Part shown: one piece after another, positions 1 through 9,455 of the stretch | How the letters are laid out: each line of letters opens with the position of its first letter | Numbering within the stretch: the first letter of the stretch is position 1 | IMG/VR virus record: IMGVR_UViG_3300028392_000106 | Coordinates: 1 to 44,708 of that record | DNA length: 44,708 nt | Reading direction: 5' to 3' (one strand) | Source: a virus | Lineage: Duplodnaviria > Caudoviricetes | Position numbers and translations under genes: made by a program | Notes under the pieces: model-generated | Seen by the model: the letters and a program-made list of their open reading frames with translations, nothing else | Databases searched by the model: none | Told to the model about the DNA's origin: nothing

Positions 1-119
1 TGACATGAGTTAACAGATTTTTATATAAAATTATAGCTTTTTTTTGAAAATAGTTTGAAAAATAGGTTTTTTGGTGGTTTTTTATAAATATATAGTACAT
101 AAAAATAATCCACCAACCC

Positions 120-302
120 ATGTTAATCACCGACTACGATGAATTTAACATCTACACTACAATTGAAGATGTTGAAAATTATGTAAATGCACTTATATCT
201 GAAGGATATGAGATCAAAGAAGAAATATATACTATGTGTGTAAGCCACTTTGGAGGTGGATATACTGATATTATAGATAAATTATTCAATGATGAAGATT
301 AA
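120..302 (+). CDS. Small acidic hypothetical protein
   Basis: 60-aa ORF preceded by AATATATA motif (87-94); overlaps next gene. Confidence 0.6.
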   Translation: MLITDYDEFNIYTTIEDVENYVNALISEGYEIKEEIYTMCVSHFGGGYTDIIDKLFNDED

Positions 303-942
303 AAAATTTAATGAGTTTTTAGAAAACAAAGATACCTTATACATCTTTGACTTCGATGATACGCTTGTAAATTCCCCAAGTTTTGAAGAATTGGCTATTG
401 AATTCCTAAAAGAGGATTTAAGTATTGGTGATATGCTTAAAACATCTGTAGGAAGAATAGGAGTTAATTTAAGAGACTTAAAATGGGAAAATGGTAGAAT
501 ATATGTAAATGATCTTAAAAATGAAATTAAAGAATTTGGTAACTGGATAAGAAAGGGTAAAAGAGTTTATTTAGTATCTCCTAATATTTTTCATGTATCT
601 GATATAAGCTTACCTACAAGTATTAAAGAATTGTCTAATTTATATTCTTCAATTGAAGATAAATGTATTGTAACAGCAAGACCTGAAAGTTTAAGAGCAA
701 AAATAGAATCCAAACTAAAAGAATTTGGATTAGAAATTCCTAAGTTTGGATTACATATGGCTCCTGATAATACTAAAAATGCAGGTCATTGGAAAGGCGA
801 AAGGATAGTTGAAATAATTAATGAAACAGGATTCAAAAAAGCTATTTTCTATGATGATAATGCTAAATACATATCAAAGGCAACAAGAGTAGTAAAAGAA
901 AAACTTCCAAATATAGATTGGAAAACAATTAGAGTATTATAA
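289..942 (+). CDS. HAD-superfamily phosphatase-like protein with N-terminal KKFNEFLE peptide
   Basis: HAD motif I FDFDDTL, motif II TAR, motif IV FYDD. Confidence 0.7.
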   Translation: MMKIKKFNEFLENKDTLYIFDFDDTLVNSPSFEELAIEFLKEDLSIGDMLKTSVGRIGVNLRDLKWENGRIYVNDLKNEIKEFGNWIRKGKRVYLVSPNIFHVSDISLPTSIKELSNLYSSIEDKCIVTARPESLRAKIESKLKEFGLEIPKFGLHMAPDNTKNAGHWKGERIVEIINETGFKKAIFYDDNAKYISKATRVVKEKLPNIDWKTIRVL

Positions 943-2637
943 TTCCGATTCTAACTGTTTTATTTCATCTAAAATAGATTTCAATTCTTCTTTTTTATCC
1001 ATCATTTCCTTCTTTGCTTTCTTTCTATCAGCATAAACATCTTCAAGCATTCTTAATGTTGGTGAAACTCTTTTCTCAAAAACAACACCATTAACGCATA
1101 AAACATGTTTATCTAAATCAATTGGTCTACCATTTTCACATTTAGATTTATCTTTATCATCTTGAACACCAACAAATGTTTCCGGTGCTATAAAGAATTG
1201 TCTTTGTGTTGTTGGATATAGTGACGCAAAATCATAAATTACACACCACCGATTCATGCCAACAACCGGATCCTTTACCCAACCACCAGCAATAGTTGAT
1301 TCAGCGTCTCCTTTCTCATCACGGAAGAGAACAATGTTATCCATCTCACGAAATCTATTTCTTAAAACTCCTTCTGTAATAGCCAATGAGCCAAGAGCGT
1401 TATTCATTTGAGAAACAACATCTACAATTCTAATTTTAGCTAATGATGAAATCGCATAAATAATTGAAATGTAATTACGAGCATCATGAATCTTTTGAAC
1501 CAACACAGAGTCAACCGCGTTATAATACATATAAATTTCAAAATCTTCTTCATATAGTTTCTGTAGATTAGAAACATTTACTTCTTTGAATAGATTTTTA
1601 TATGTTAGAAACTTATCTTTTGTAAACTCTATTCTATCCGTACCAACATACATATAATATGTGTCTTTTTCAGTTCTACAAATATCACCTTCTTTAAAAG
1701 AATATCCATTTATAGTAGAATCTTCTTTCAATTTATAAATTGAGTTAACATATTTGACTTTTTCAACTCCTACTAACTTACTAGCAACAAAGTCTAATGA
1801 TGATGATTCTTTTACTTTAATAGAAGTATCACAAACTTCATACAATTGCATGTAGTCAAAAATCATTCTATGTGCAGGAACTTCAAAATCTGTTGACCAA
1901 ATTTTATTCAGTCTTTTTGTTAAAGAAGAAACAGCTGGGTCAATTTTATATTCTTTACCGTTAGTCCATTTAGATATTTTTCTTGAACGGTTAACTAAAT
2001 ACAACCAGTCATATTTAAGAAAGTTCCAACCAGTTAAGATAGGCATTTTTGGAATCATCTTATAGAAGAAAGCATACAACATATCAAACTCATCATCATA
2101 CTTGATGTATTTGAATTTATAATCAGCTCCAAATTTTTCAAAATATTTATTACTATTATTTTTAATTCTTTGTTGAGCATCTTCACTTAGTTCTTTAAGA
2201 CCTAATAAGATAATTTTATCATCATAAACAATTGATATAGAAAGAACCTGGGTTGATGCTCCTTCTTTAGTGACATTACCATGTTGGTCTAAAACATCAG
2301 CCGCTTCAGGAAAACCGTCAACGATTTCAGTTTCAATATCTATAAAGAATATTTTTGGTAAATTAAACTCAAATATTTCATTTCTCTCAGATTCTGGAAG
2401 ATCATCTAAAAACTCATAGATGGCATATCTATCTGGATGACTAACTTCTATCTGTTTTACAGACTTACCATCCCAAGACCTAAATGTAGGGTGTTTTAGT
2501 GGATCATTGTCTTCACAAGAAATGTATTTCATTGGGTTATCCCAATTGTAGTATTTTAGTTTGATTTCACCGGATTTATCAACGTAACTTACTACTAATT
2601 TCTTACTATTACTTAAATATTGTGTCTCTACAAGCAT
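937..2637 (-). CDS. Family B DNA polymerase, N-terminal part (3'-5' exonuclease plus motif A); split gp43-like
   Basis: ExoI DIET, ExoII GWNFLKYD, ExoIII YNAVD, motif A DFASLYP; ends after the first fingers helix, with no KxxxNSxYG or YGDTDS. Confidence 0.9.
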   Translation of the reverse strand: MLVETQYLSNSKKLVVSYVDKSGEIKLKYYNWDNPMKYISCEDNDPLKHPTFRSWDGKSVKQIEVSHPDRYAIYEFLDDLPESERNEIFEFNLPKIFFIDIETEIVDGFPEAADVLDQHGNVTKEGASTQVLSISIVYDDKIILLGLKELSEDAQQRIKNNSNKYFEKFGADYKFKYIKYDDEFDMLYAFFYKMIPKMPILTGWNFLKYDWLYLVNRSRKISKWTNGKEYKIDPAVSSLTKRLNKIWSTDFEVPAHRMIFDYMQLYEVCDTSIKVKESSSLDFVASKLVGVEKVKYVNSIYKLKEDSTINGYSFKEGDICRTEKDTYYMYVGTDRIEFTKDKFLTYKNLFKEVNVSNLQKLYEEDFEIYMYYNAVDSVLVQKIHDARNYISIIYAISSLAKIRIVDVVSQMNNALGSLAITEGVLRNRFREMDNIVLFRDEKGDAESTIAGGWVKDPVVGMNRWCVIYDFASLYPTTQRQFFIAPETFVGVQDDKDKSKCENGRPIDLDKHVLCVNGVVFEKRVSPTLRMLEDVYADRKKAKKEMMDKKEELKSILDEIKQLESEL

Positions 2638-2705
2638 GAATTTTTTATTTTATTACATGTGTTATATCATTTTTATAAAAAAAGTTATTTTGAATTAGGA
2701 TATTA

Positions 2706-2713
2706 AATATATA
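2706..2713 (+). promoter_or_regulatory. Representative WATATATA promoter-like motif
   Basis: AATATATA 5 nt before the 2719 ATG; same motif in the same relative position before many genes. Confidence 0.65.
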
Positions 2714-2718
2714 CTCAT

Positions 2719-4275
2719 ATGAAAATTAACAGATATACCGACTTTATAAATGAAAGTAAATTAGAATTACTTTTAGAAGCTAATATTAAATACACTAAGG
2801 ATTTTATAAATGTTCTTACTGATATTAATTCGGAATTATCCAGAAAAGTTTTAAACTTAAATGGTAAGGAAGTAGATGTTAATACAAATTACATTGATAT
2901 AGATAAAGATAAAGAAGATGTTATAAAATTTATACCTGAGAATAAATTAAAATCATTAAAGGTAAAAGTTATAAATCCTGGAACCTCATATGATACACTT
3001 TCTGAAAATTTAGAAAAAGATGGAAGATATCCTATAAAAAATGTGAGAATTCCACTAAATGGTTCAATTGGTGAAGTTGTTAAAGAACTAACAGCTGATG
3101 AGATGTCATCTTTAAGTGGTACAAGTAAAACATATTGGAAAAATATATATGAAAAGGGTATTAGAATAGTTCATTTTAAATATACTGATAGAAATGGAGA
3201 AGGTGAGATTATAATGGGTAGTCAAGGATTAGATTATCAAACAGATGAGATACCTAAGAGTGAAATTGGAGTAGGTAGATTTGTAAGAAGAATATTAGAT
3301 AAAGCTGGTGAAAAAGTAAGTGATAAAGATATTGAAGAATTTGTTAATAAATATAAATCTTTAATACAAATAAGAAAAGAAGCTTTCTCAAGATTTAAAA
3401 TAGTATCCGGTGAAGAGATTAGAGGTTTTTATTCATCAGATAACTATGAAAATATGGATGGAACATTAGGTAATTCTTGCATGAGATATGAGAAATGTCA
3501 AAAGTTCTTAGATATCTATGTTGGAAATTCAGAACAAGTAAAAATGGTTGTTTTAATGAATAGAAAAGATGGCACATCTATAACCGGAAGAGCACTTCTA
3601 TGGACTGATAACTTAGGTAGAAAAATAATGGATAGAATCTATACTAATAATTCAGCGGATGAAACATTATTTAAAGAGTATGCAATTAAAAATGAATTCT
3701 TATATAAGGAAAGACAAGATAGTAATGAGGACACAAAGTTATTACTAAATGGTAAAGTAGTGGATGAACAAAAAGTGATAATTGAACTACCAAGTTTTGA
3801 TTATAATTATTATCCTTATATGGATACATTCAAAAATTATAATCCATCAACAGGAAAGTTATCAAACAGTAATGACGGAAGTTATGACTATAATTTAGAA
3901 GAAACTGATGGTGGTAATGGTTCTTGTGAATATTGTGGTGGTCGTGGTAGAATAGAGTGTCATGATTGTAGCGGAAGTTGTGAGGTAGATTGCTCAGATT
4001 GTGATGGTAGAGGAAATACAAGATGTGATGAGTGCTCTGGATCTGGTGAGTTCGAGTGTGGTAATTGTGAGGGAACTGGCGAAATTGAAGACGAAGGAGA
4101 AGACGGTGAAACTACTACTAAAGAATGTCCAGAATGTCGTGGAGACGGAAATAATAAATGTGAAGATTGTAACGGAGATGGTGAAATAGGATGTACTAGT
4201 TGTGACGAAAGAGGACAAGTTGAATGTTATTCATGTGATGGAAATGGTAATGTAGACTGTCCTGAATGTGGTTAA
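2719..4275 (+). CDS. Phage protein with conserved-looking core (SCMRY..GRALLW..MDRIY..YPYMDTF) and C-terminal DnaJ-type zinc-finger repeats
   Basis: 518-aa ORF; ten CxxC(xGxG) motifs at the C-terminus; N-terminal RYTDFINE peptide. Confidence 0.7.
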   Translation: MKINRYTDFINESKLELLLEANIKYTKDFINVLTDINSELSRKVLNLNGKEVDVNTNYIDIDKDKEDVIKFIPENKLKSLKVKVINPGTSYDTLSENLEKDGRYPIKNVRIPLNGSIGEVVKELTADEMSSLSGTSKTYWKNIYEKGIRIVHFKYTDRNGEGEIIMGSQGLDYQTDEIPKSEIGVGRFVRRILDKAGEKVSDKDIEEFVNKYKSLIQIRKEAFSRFKIVSGEEIRGFYSSDNYENMDGTLGNSCMRYEKCQKFLDIYVGNSEQVKMVVLMNRKDGTSITGRALLWTDNLGRKIMDRIYTNNSADETLFKEYAIKNEFLYKERQDSNEDTKLLLNGKVVDEQKVIIELPSFDYNYYPYMDTFKNYNPSTGKLSNSNDGSYDYNLEETDGGNGSCEYCGGRGRIECHDCSGSCEVDCSDCDGRGNTRCDECSGSGEFECGNCEGTGEIEDEGEDGETTTKECPECRGDGNNKCEDCNGDGEIGCTSCDERGQVECYSCDGNGNVDCPECG

Positions 4276-4763
4276 AAATCACACTCAAAATAATCTAATA
4301 TCATACCATTCTTATCAATAATAAATTGTAGATCTTCTCTTTTTACTAATTGATATTCATAGTGATATCCGGTTTTAAATAAAGTTCTAATAAAAGGAAT
4401 ATCATTATTAAAGTTTACCATTTTAGAATCAATCATTAAACAAAGACATTTTTTATCATCTTCCGGATTATAATTAGTCATTTCATCTTGATGGTCTTTA
4501 CTTAAACCAGTCTTACCATAACAAATAAACTTAGTTATTAATTTTTCACCTGATAACTTCCAATTAATACTAATATCATCACCAATCTCAGCATTAATAT
4601 TATCATCTTTAAGATAAAGTCTAATCCAAAAATAAACTTTTTGTTCTTCGGTTACTTTTGATACAACATTTTGGTCAACTGAATCAGTTAATTCAGTAGT
4701 ATCTATTGTTCTTATTAGTTCAACTATGTTGTCTAAATAATTGTTTGATGTTATATTACTCAT
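4272..4763 (-). CDS. Hypothetical protein
   Basis: 163-aa ORF co-oriented with the thyA run; no motif recognised. Confidence 0.6.
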   Translation of the reverse strand: MSNITSNNYLDNIVELIRTIDTTELTDSVDQNVVSKVTEEQKVYFWIRLYLKDDNINAEIGDDISINWKLSGEKLITKFICYGKTGLSKDHQDEMTNYNPEDDKKCLCLMIDSKMVNFNNDIPFIRTLFKTGYHYEYQLVKREDLQFIIDKNGMILDYFECDF

Positions 4764-4847
4764 TTGTTTAATTAATTTTTAATTTTTTTTAATTTCTCTT
4801 GGAATTAATACAAAATAACTCTACTCTTTCACTTAATATCAACTCTC

Positions 4848-5714
4848 TCATATTGCAATCTCTAATTCTGATTTTATTTTCTGAATATCTTTTATATTTG
4901 ATATTTTGAAGTCCTCAATTTCTATACTATAAAAGTCTAAACCTGATTTTAATTCTAATATTGGTTGACTCTCAATTGGATTTCTATTTAATATCTCAAC
5001 CAAGCCACCAAAGTGTCTATCATAGACATGAAGATTCTGAACAAAATGACAAAACTTACCTACTTTATAACCTAAGTGTGAAGCAACCATCATCTGCAAA
5101 GCCACATACTGAATCTTATTTATATATCCAGCCATGATGTAATCATTACTTCTTTGGTTCAAAGTCATATCTAAATAAAAGAAATCATCTTCTTGAACAC
5201 CATCAGTATTTTTTTTACATCTACTTCTTCTTACAGACCAAATAGTCTCATAAGCGCATGGATGCAAACCTTTAGTTTCAGCCATATCTGATTCTTGATA
5301 CATATTCATTATATGTCTTCTTGAAAACGGTTCCTCTTTCAAAGACTTTAATAACTTATTCATTAAATCATATCTCTGAACAGTAGCTCCATATCTTTGA
5401 CCAATAGTGTCATCACCAACATTCCATTCATCCCACCAATTAATACCCATTTCTCTAGCAACAGATAGTGAATTGGTTTGTTTTTGATAAATCCAAAGTA
5501 TTTCTTTGATACCGGTTTTAATAGCGGTATTTCTTAATGTAGTAATTGGGAATTCATCTTTTGAAATGTCATATTCCTCAAATACTTGAGTTATAAATTT
5601 AGAATGTGCTTGTTCGCCATCTGCATATTTAGGACGAGGATCCTCATCCCAAGTACCATCGCCTTGTGATATTCTATTTAGGTTGTCGATGTAATATTTA
5701 TCCGCCTTTATCAT
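4848..5714 (-). CDS. thyA: Thymidylate synthase
   Basis: FPITTLR, EILW, YG, SRRH, catalytic LHPC, QRSND, N-L-HVYDRH motifs. Confidence 0.95.
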   Translation of the reverse strand: MIKADKYYIDNLNRISQGDGTWDEDPRPKYADGEQAHSKFITQVFEEYDISKDEFPITTLRNTAIKTGIKEILWIYQKQTNSLSVAREMGINWWDEWNVGDDTIGQRYGATVQRYDLMNKLLKSLKEEPFSRRHIMNMYQESDMAETKGLHPCAYETIWSVRRSRCKKNTDGVQEDDFFYLDMTLNQRSNDYIMAGYINKIQYVALQMMVASHLGYKVGKFCHFVQNLHVYDRHFGGLVEILNRNPIESQPILELKSGLDFYSIEIEDFKISNIKDIQKIKSELEIAI

Positions 5715-6205
5715 TTTAATACTGATTTTATTTTTTGGTCTCTACTTAAAGTAGTTATTATATCTTTTGTTTTTATTAATTCTTCTCCAATTTTTAATAA
5801 AAGTATATTTTTATCACTTTTAATTTCATAACAATTAATATCTTGATTAAAGATTGGTAAATTATCAGTTAAACAAGTAGTTATTTTATTTACTCTAATA
5901 CTACTTATTATATCCATACAATTATGTGAGATATAGTCCATATCATCTATAAAGATATACTCATATTCATCTCTTTCTGTTATTTCTTTTATATTTTGAA
6001 ATAATCTAACATCATTTTTATAGAAAAAAGCTGAATCGTAGATTTTATTTACTGAATTATTAGCAAAATCATAAAATTCTTCAGTGCCTCCTATATAACA
6101 TGTTTTTTTGCCAAAACTTTTAATCAGTCTAGCCAACTCAAATAGAAATGTAGTTCTACCAGAAGCTCTATCTCCTATAACTATATTGAAATTTTTACTA
6201 AACAT
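5711..6205 (-). CDS. Small P-loop/RecA-like fold protein with variant Walker A
   Basis: GDRASGRT (Arg in place of the Walker A Lys) and Walker B-like YIFIDD. Confidence 0.55.
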   Translation of the reverse strand: MFSKNFNIVIGDRASGRTTFLFELARLIKSFGKKTCYIGGTEEFYDFANNSVNKIYDSAFFYKNDVRLFQNIKEITERDEYEYIFIDDMDYISHNCMDIISSIRVNKITTCLTDNLPIFNQDINCYEIKSDKNILLLKIGEELIKTKDIITTLSRDQKIKSVLK

Positions 6206-6236
6206 TACTTTTTATATCTAAATAGATACTAATTGT

Positions 6237-7022
6237 TTAGTAAGGACAGAAATCTTTCCACTTAGGATTGAACCAAAAAGTTCTACCTGTTTTATCTTTT
6301 ACTTTAAGTCCTTTTTGATAGAAAACCCATTTTTTAAATTCAACATCATCACCACTAAACGGGTTGGACCAGTCACGCAATTGACCTCCATTGAGTTCAT
6401 ATGCTTTTAAAGGAATATCTTTACATAAATCTAAAATTTCCGGATTATTAGTAATAACTTTTCTAGCAGATTCAAATGGATTAACATCTAAGTAATATAA
6501 AATAGTACTTCTGATATAATTACCAACACCATTAAAGTATTTTTGGTCTAATATGGCCTCACAAATTGGTTTATCAAATAATTTAGTGTGTAAGTTATCT
6601 ATTATATTTTTCTTAAATTTATCAAATTCTTTTGTTGGGTCTGGTCCTCTTTTAACACCAGTAAATCCACCTAAACGGTATTTAGGACCCATATAAGAAC
6701 CATATAAAAGTAAAGAATAACCATCTACTGAGTCTAATCTCATTCTAACATATTTAGTATCATTCCATTTTTCTGTTGGAACCCACTTCCAATTACCAGA
6801 CATTCCCATAAAAACAGAAAACTTTAGATCTGCAACATCATGATAAACTATTAATGATAACTCTTTACCATTGGAATCTGATTTTACATAAAAATCTTCA
6901 ATTAATTCAGAATCAATTGGAATGTTACCCTTTTCAACGTGGTATAACTTCTTAAACTTTTTACCTTCCGAATAGTGGTTAACATATTCGGACATTATTC
7001 TGACTTCGGCTATTTCTGGCAT
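6237..7022 (-). CDS. Fpg/Nei-family DNA glycosylase/AP lyase (zincless-finger type)
   Basis: N-terminal catalytic MPE, MGMSG, H2TH motif LDQKYFNGVGNY; no C4 zinc finger at the C-terminus. Confidence 0.88.
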   Translation of the reverse strand: MPEIAEVRIMSEYVNHYSEGKKFKKLYHVEKGNIPIDSELIEDFYVKSDSNGKELSLIVYHDVADLKFSVFMGMSGNWKWVPTEKWNDTKYVRMRLDSVDGYSLLLYGSYMGPKYRLGGFTGVKRGPDPTKEFDKFKKNIIDNLHTKLFDKPICEAILDQKYFNGVGNYIRSTILYYLDVNPFESARKVITNNPEILDLCKDIPLKAYELNGGQLRDWSNPFSGDDVEFKKWVFYQKGLKVKDKTGRTFWFNPKWKDFCPY

Positions 7023-7192
7023 GTAATATAAATTTATAATGTGTTTTATATAAATTGAAGTATTTTGTTGTGGAGAAAATTGGTCCGGTTATGAACAGTA
7101 ATTAAATCAATATTCCGATTACTAATTTTTTCAACCGTGACATTTTATACCTAAATTTTTTTTAATATATAATAAAAATATAATAAAAAATT

Positions 7193-8212
7193 ATGATACT
7201 TGATAAAGAAATAGAAATAATTGTGAATAATCATAACCTAGAACATTATAAAAATAAAGGATATGATGCGATTTATAGAGAAAAACTAGTTGTTAAAGTT
7301 CTAGATTTAACAATAGGTAGTCATTATAAAATAAACGTTGAATGTGACATTTGTAATTCTAAAAATATCATAGAATATAGACAATTAAAAGGAAGGGAAG
7401 ATTATTTTTGTAATTCTTGTGCATCTAAGAAAAAGAAAAAAGTGATACTCACTAATGAAAAGAAGTCTATAATGATTGAAAAAATGTTGAAAACAAGGGA
7501 ATTAAAAAAATTACAAGATCCTAACTATGGGAAGAGTAAAATTAAAAAAGAGAAAGTAGTTAAAGAAGAAAAAATAAGAAAAAAACAGCCCAAAAAAACA
7601 GAAGGTGAGATCAATATAATAATCAAGAAAAGAAAGAAAACAAAGTTGGAAAAGTATGGAGATGAAAATTTTAATAATCAAGAAAAGAAAAAGAATAGTT
7701 TAAAAGAAAAATACGGAAATGAGAACTACAATAACACCGAAGCTAGAAAGGGAACACTAAAAGAAAAATATGGAAATGAAAATTTTAATAATCAAGAAAA
7801 GAAAGAGGAAACTTGTCTAAATAGGTATGGAGTTAGACACACAAATCAAATTTCAGATGTTATGTTCAAGATACAAAAGAGCGCATTTAAGTTAAAATTC
7901 CATGAAGAAATGAAACTATATTACAGAGGAACTTATGAAAAACACTTTTTAGATTTTTGTTTTTTAAATAATATTAATATTACTCAATTTGATAGTGAAT
8001 TGTATTATAAATACAATGATAATACTCACAGATACTATCCTGATTTTTATCACCCAGAGTCTAATATAATAATAGAGATAAAATCTGGATATACATTTGA
8101 GTGTGACTATGAAATAAATATGTTGAAGGAGAAATGTGCAAAAGAGAAATCTAATTTTTTATTTATTATAGATAAAAATTATAAAGAATTTATTAATTAC
8201 ATTTCTTTTTAA
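7193..8212 (+). CDS. Putative free-standing homing endonuclease with EKYG repeats and C-terminal PD-(D/E)xK domain
   Basis: Two CxxC motifs, EKYGxENxNN repeats, YYPDFY...IIEIKS nuclease motif; opposite strand to its neighbours. Confidence 0.7.
   Translation: MILDKEIEIIVNNHNLEHYKNKGYDAIYREKLVVKVLDLTIGSHYKINVECDICNSKNIIEYRQLKGREDYFCNSCASKKKKKVILTNEKKSIMIEKMLKTRELKKLQDPNYGKSKIKKEKVVKEEKIRKKQPKKTEGEINIIIKKRKKTKLEKYGDENFNNQEKKKNSLKEKYGNENYNNTEARKGTLKEKYGNENFNNQEKKEETCLNRYGVRHTNQISDVMFKIQKSAFKLKFHEEMKLYYRGTYEKHFLDFCFLNNINITQFDSELYYKYNDNTHRYYPDFYHPESNIIIEIKSGYTFECDYEINMLKEKCAKEKSNFLFIIDKNYKEFINYISF
7649..7830 (+). repeat. Coding tandem repeat, 57-bp (19-aa) period
   Basis: GAAAAxTAxGGA units at 7649, 7706 and 7763 plus a degenerate fourth (NRYG). 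Confidence 0.85.
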
Positions 8213-8534
8213 CCCATTTCTCTAAAATATCACCATGACAACTTTTTTTAGGACGACACCAACAACCCAATACCTTATCCTTTAGTTCGTGTAAATCATT
8301 CATTAAATCTTTATTAGAAAGAAGATATTGTTCATAAGCATCTACTATTGTTTTTCTTGGAGTTCCCTCTGGAAAAGTTTCACGAAGTTCTTTAGGGTAG
8401 GCCCATTTATTGTACTTACCGTTTGGAAGTCGACCAATATAAATATCAAAAGGTTCTTTCTTAAAATGAACTACTCTGACTTTGTGGTCATATTTAGGCT
8501 TACCCTTGAAACTATCAAAAAAATCATCGATCAT
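8193..8534 (-). CDS. DUF4326-family protein
   Basis: VVHxKKEPxDIYIGR...LHELKDKVLGCWCRPKKSCHGDIL signature; start overlaps the integrase stop (ATGA). Confidence 0.85.
   Translation of the reverse strand: MIDDFFDSFKGKPKYDHKVRVVHFKKEPFDIYIGRLPNGKYNKWAYPKELRETFPEGTPRKTIVDAYEQYLLSNKDLMNDLHELKDKVLGCWCRPKKSCHGDILEKWVKKKCN
8394..8527. repeat. Left copy of a ~134-bp diverged direct repeat (5' part of the DUF4326 gene)
   Basis: Aligns without gaps to 10596-10729; 38-bp perfect core 8434-8471 = 10636-10673. Confidence 0.92.
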
Positions 8535-9328
8535 ATTGGTAGATTTACTTTACTCAATAATTGATTTGAAACGTGTGTATATATCTCAGTTGTTTTGGAA
8601 GAAGAGTGACCTGCTATTTTCTGGATAATTCTTAAATCTGTTCCACTTTCTAAAAGGTTAGTGAAAGAGGAATGTCTTAGAGTATGTATAGAAGATGATT
8701 CATCAATATATTTTTTGTATATTTTCTGACAGGAACCAATTGAATATTTACCACCAGATTGTCCGTTAAATAGATATTCCTTGGGTTTATATTCTTTCCA
8801 ATAGTCTCTTAATAAATCTAAAACTCTTTGAGAAAGAGGAACTATTCTATCTTTTTTACCTTTGGCATTTTTGATATGAATAATCATTCTTTTGGAGTCA
8901 ATATCTTCAATTTTAAGATTAACTACTTCTGATACTCTTAAACCAACTGAATAGGTTAGTGTGAGTATAGTTTTATGTTTTAAGTTAGTTATTTTAGATA
9001 GTTGTTCTTTTATGTGATTTCCATCTATAACTTGTGGAAGTTTCTTTTCCGATTTGGGTCTTTCAATTTTTGATAAATGTATATCTTTTTTATTAAGTAT
9101 ATACTTAGCAAATAATTTTAAACAACCTATGTATTGATTTTGCTGACTTATAGAAGTATAAGATTTATTTTCCAAAAAACTTACTATTCTATTTGTAGTA
9201 ATTTGATAAGGGTCTTTTATTCTCTCTTCTTTTAGAAAGAAAGATAAATAAGAAACATATAAAGTTATACTTCTCTCGGAGTAATTTTTATATCTTAACT
9301 TTTCTTCAAATATTTTAAGAATTTTCAT
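8531..9328 (-). CDS. Tyrosine recombinase (integron-integrase-like, lacking the IntI-specific insertion)
   Basis: N-terminal SAM-like YSERSITLY; catalytic set GLRVSE (R), KGKK (K), HTLRH, AGH, TEIY (Y). Confidence 0.93.
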   Translation of the reverse strand: MKILKIFEEKLRYKNYSERSITLYVSYLSFFLKEERIKDPYQITTNRIVSFLENKSYTSISQQNQYIGCLKLFAKYILNKKDIHLSKIERPKSEKKLPQVIDGNHIKEQLSKITNLKHKTILTLTYSVGLRVSEVVNLKIEDIDSKRMIIHIKNAKGKKDRIVPLSQRVLDLLRDYWKEYKPKEYLFNGQSGGKYSIGSCQKIYKKYIDESSSIHTLRHSSFTNLLESGTDLRIIQKIAGHSSSKTTEIYTHVSNQLLSKVNLPI

Positions 9329-9359
9329 ATAGAATCATATATAAAATAAGTGATTTAGT

Positions 9360-9393
9360 TTAATTATAGATATATAATAGTTATGTGTAAGTG
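9360..9393 (+). other. Candidate attI / first cassette junction (crossover G9380/TT)
   Basis: GTTATGTGTAAGTG (9380-9393) matches 13/14 the reverse complement of CACCTACACATAAC (10156-10169); no hairpin to its left. Confidence 0.7.
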
Positions 9394-9455
9394 TTCCGTT
9401 CATCGTTCTAATCAACATTTTGGTTGAAAATTTTAAAAGAAAAAATCCCATACAT

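Noticed and set aside
71-116. TTGGTGG / CCACCAA inverted pair around the first promoter motif
   Set aside because: Only 7 bp and not repeated elsewhere; cannot be separated from chance
3830-4218. Overlapping ORFs 3830..4021, 3994..4218 and 4001..4189
   Set aside because: Shadow frames of the Cys-repeat region of 2719..4275
7649-7830. 57-bp periodic repeat as a CRISPR array or DGR repeat
   Set aside because: In-frame protein repeat with no unique spacers; no reverse transcriptase or cas gene nearby
8328-8564. 78-aa plus-strand ORF
   Set aside because: Antisense to the DUF4326 and recombinase genes, which have clear motifs
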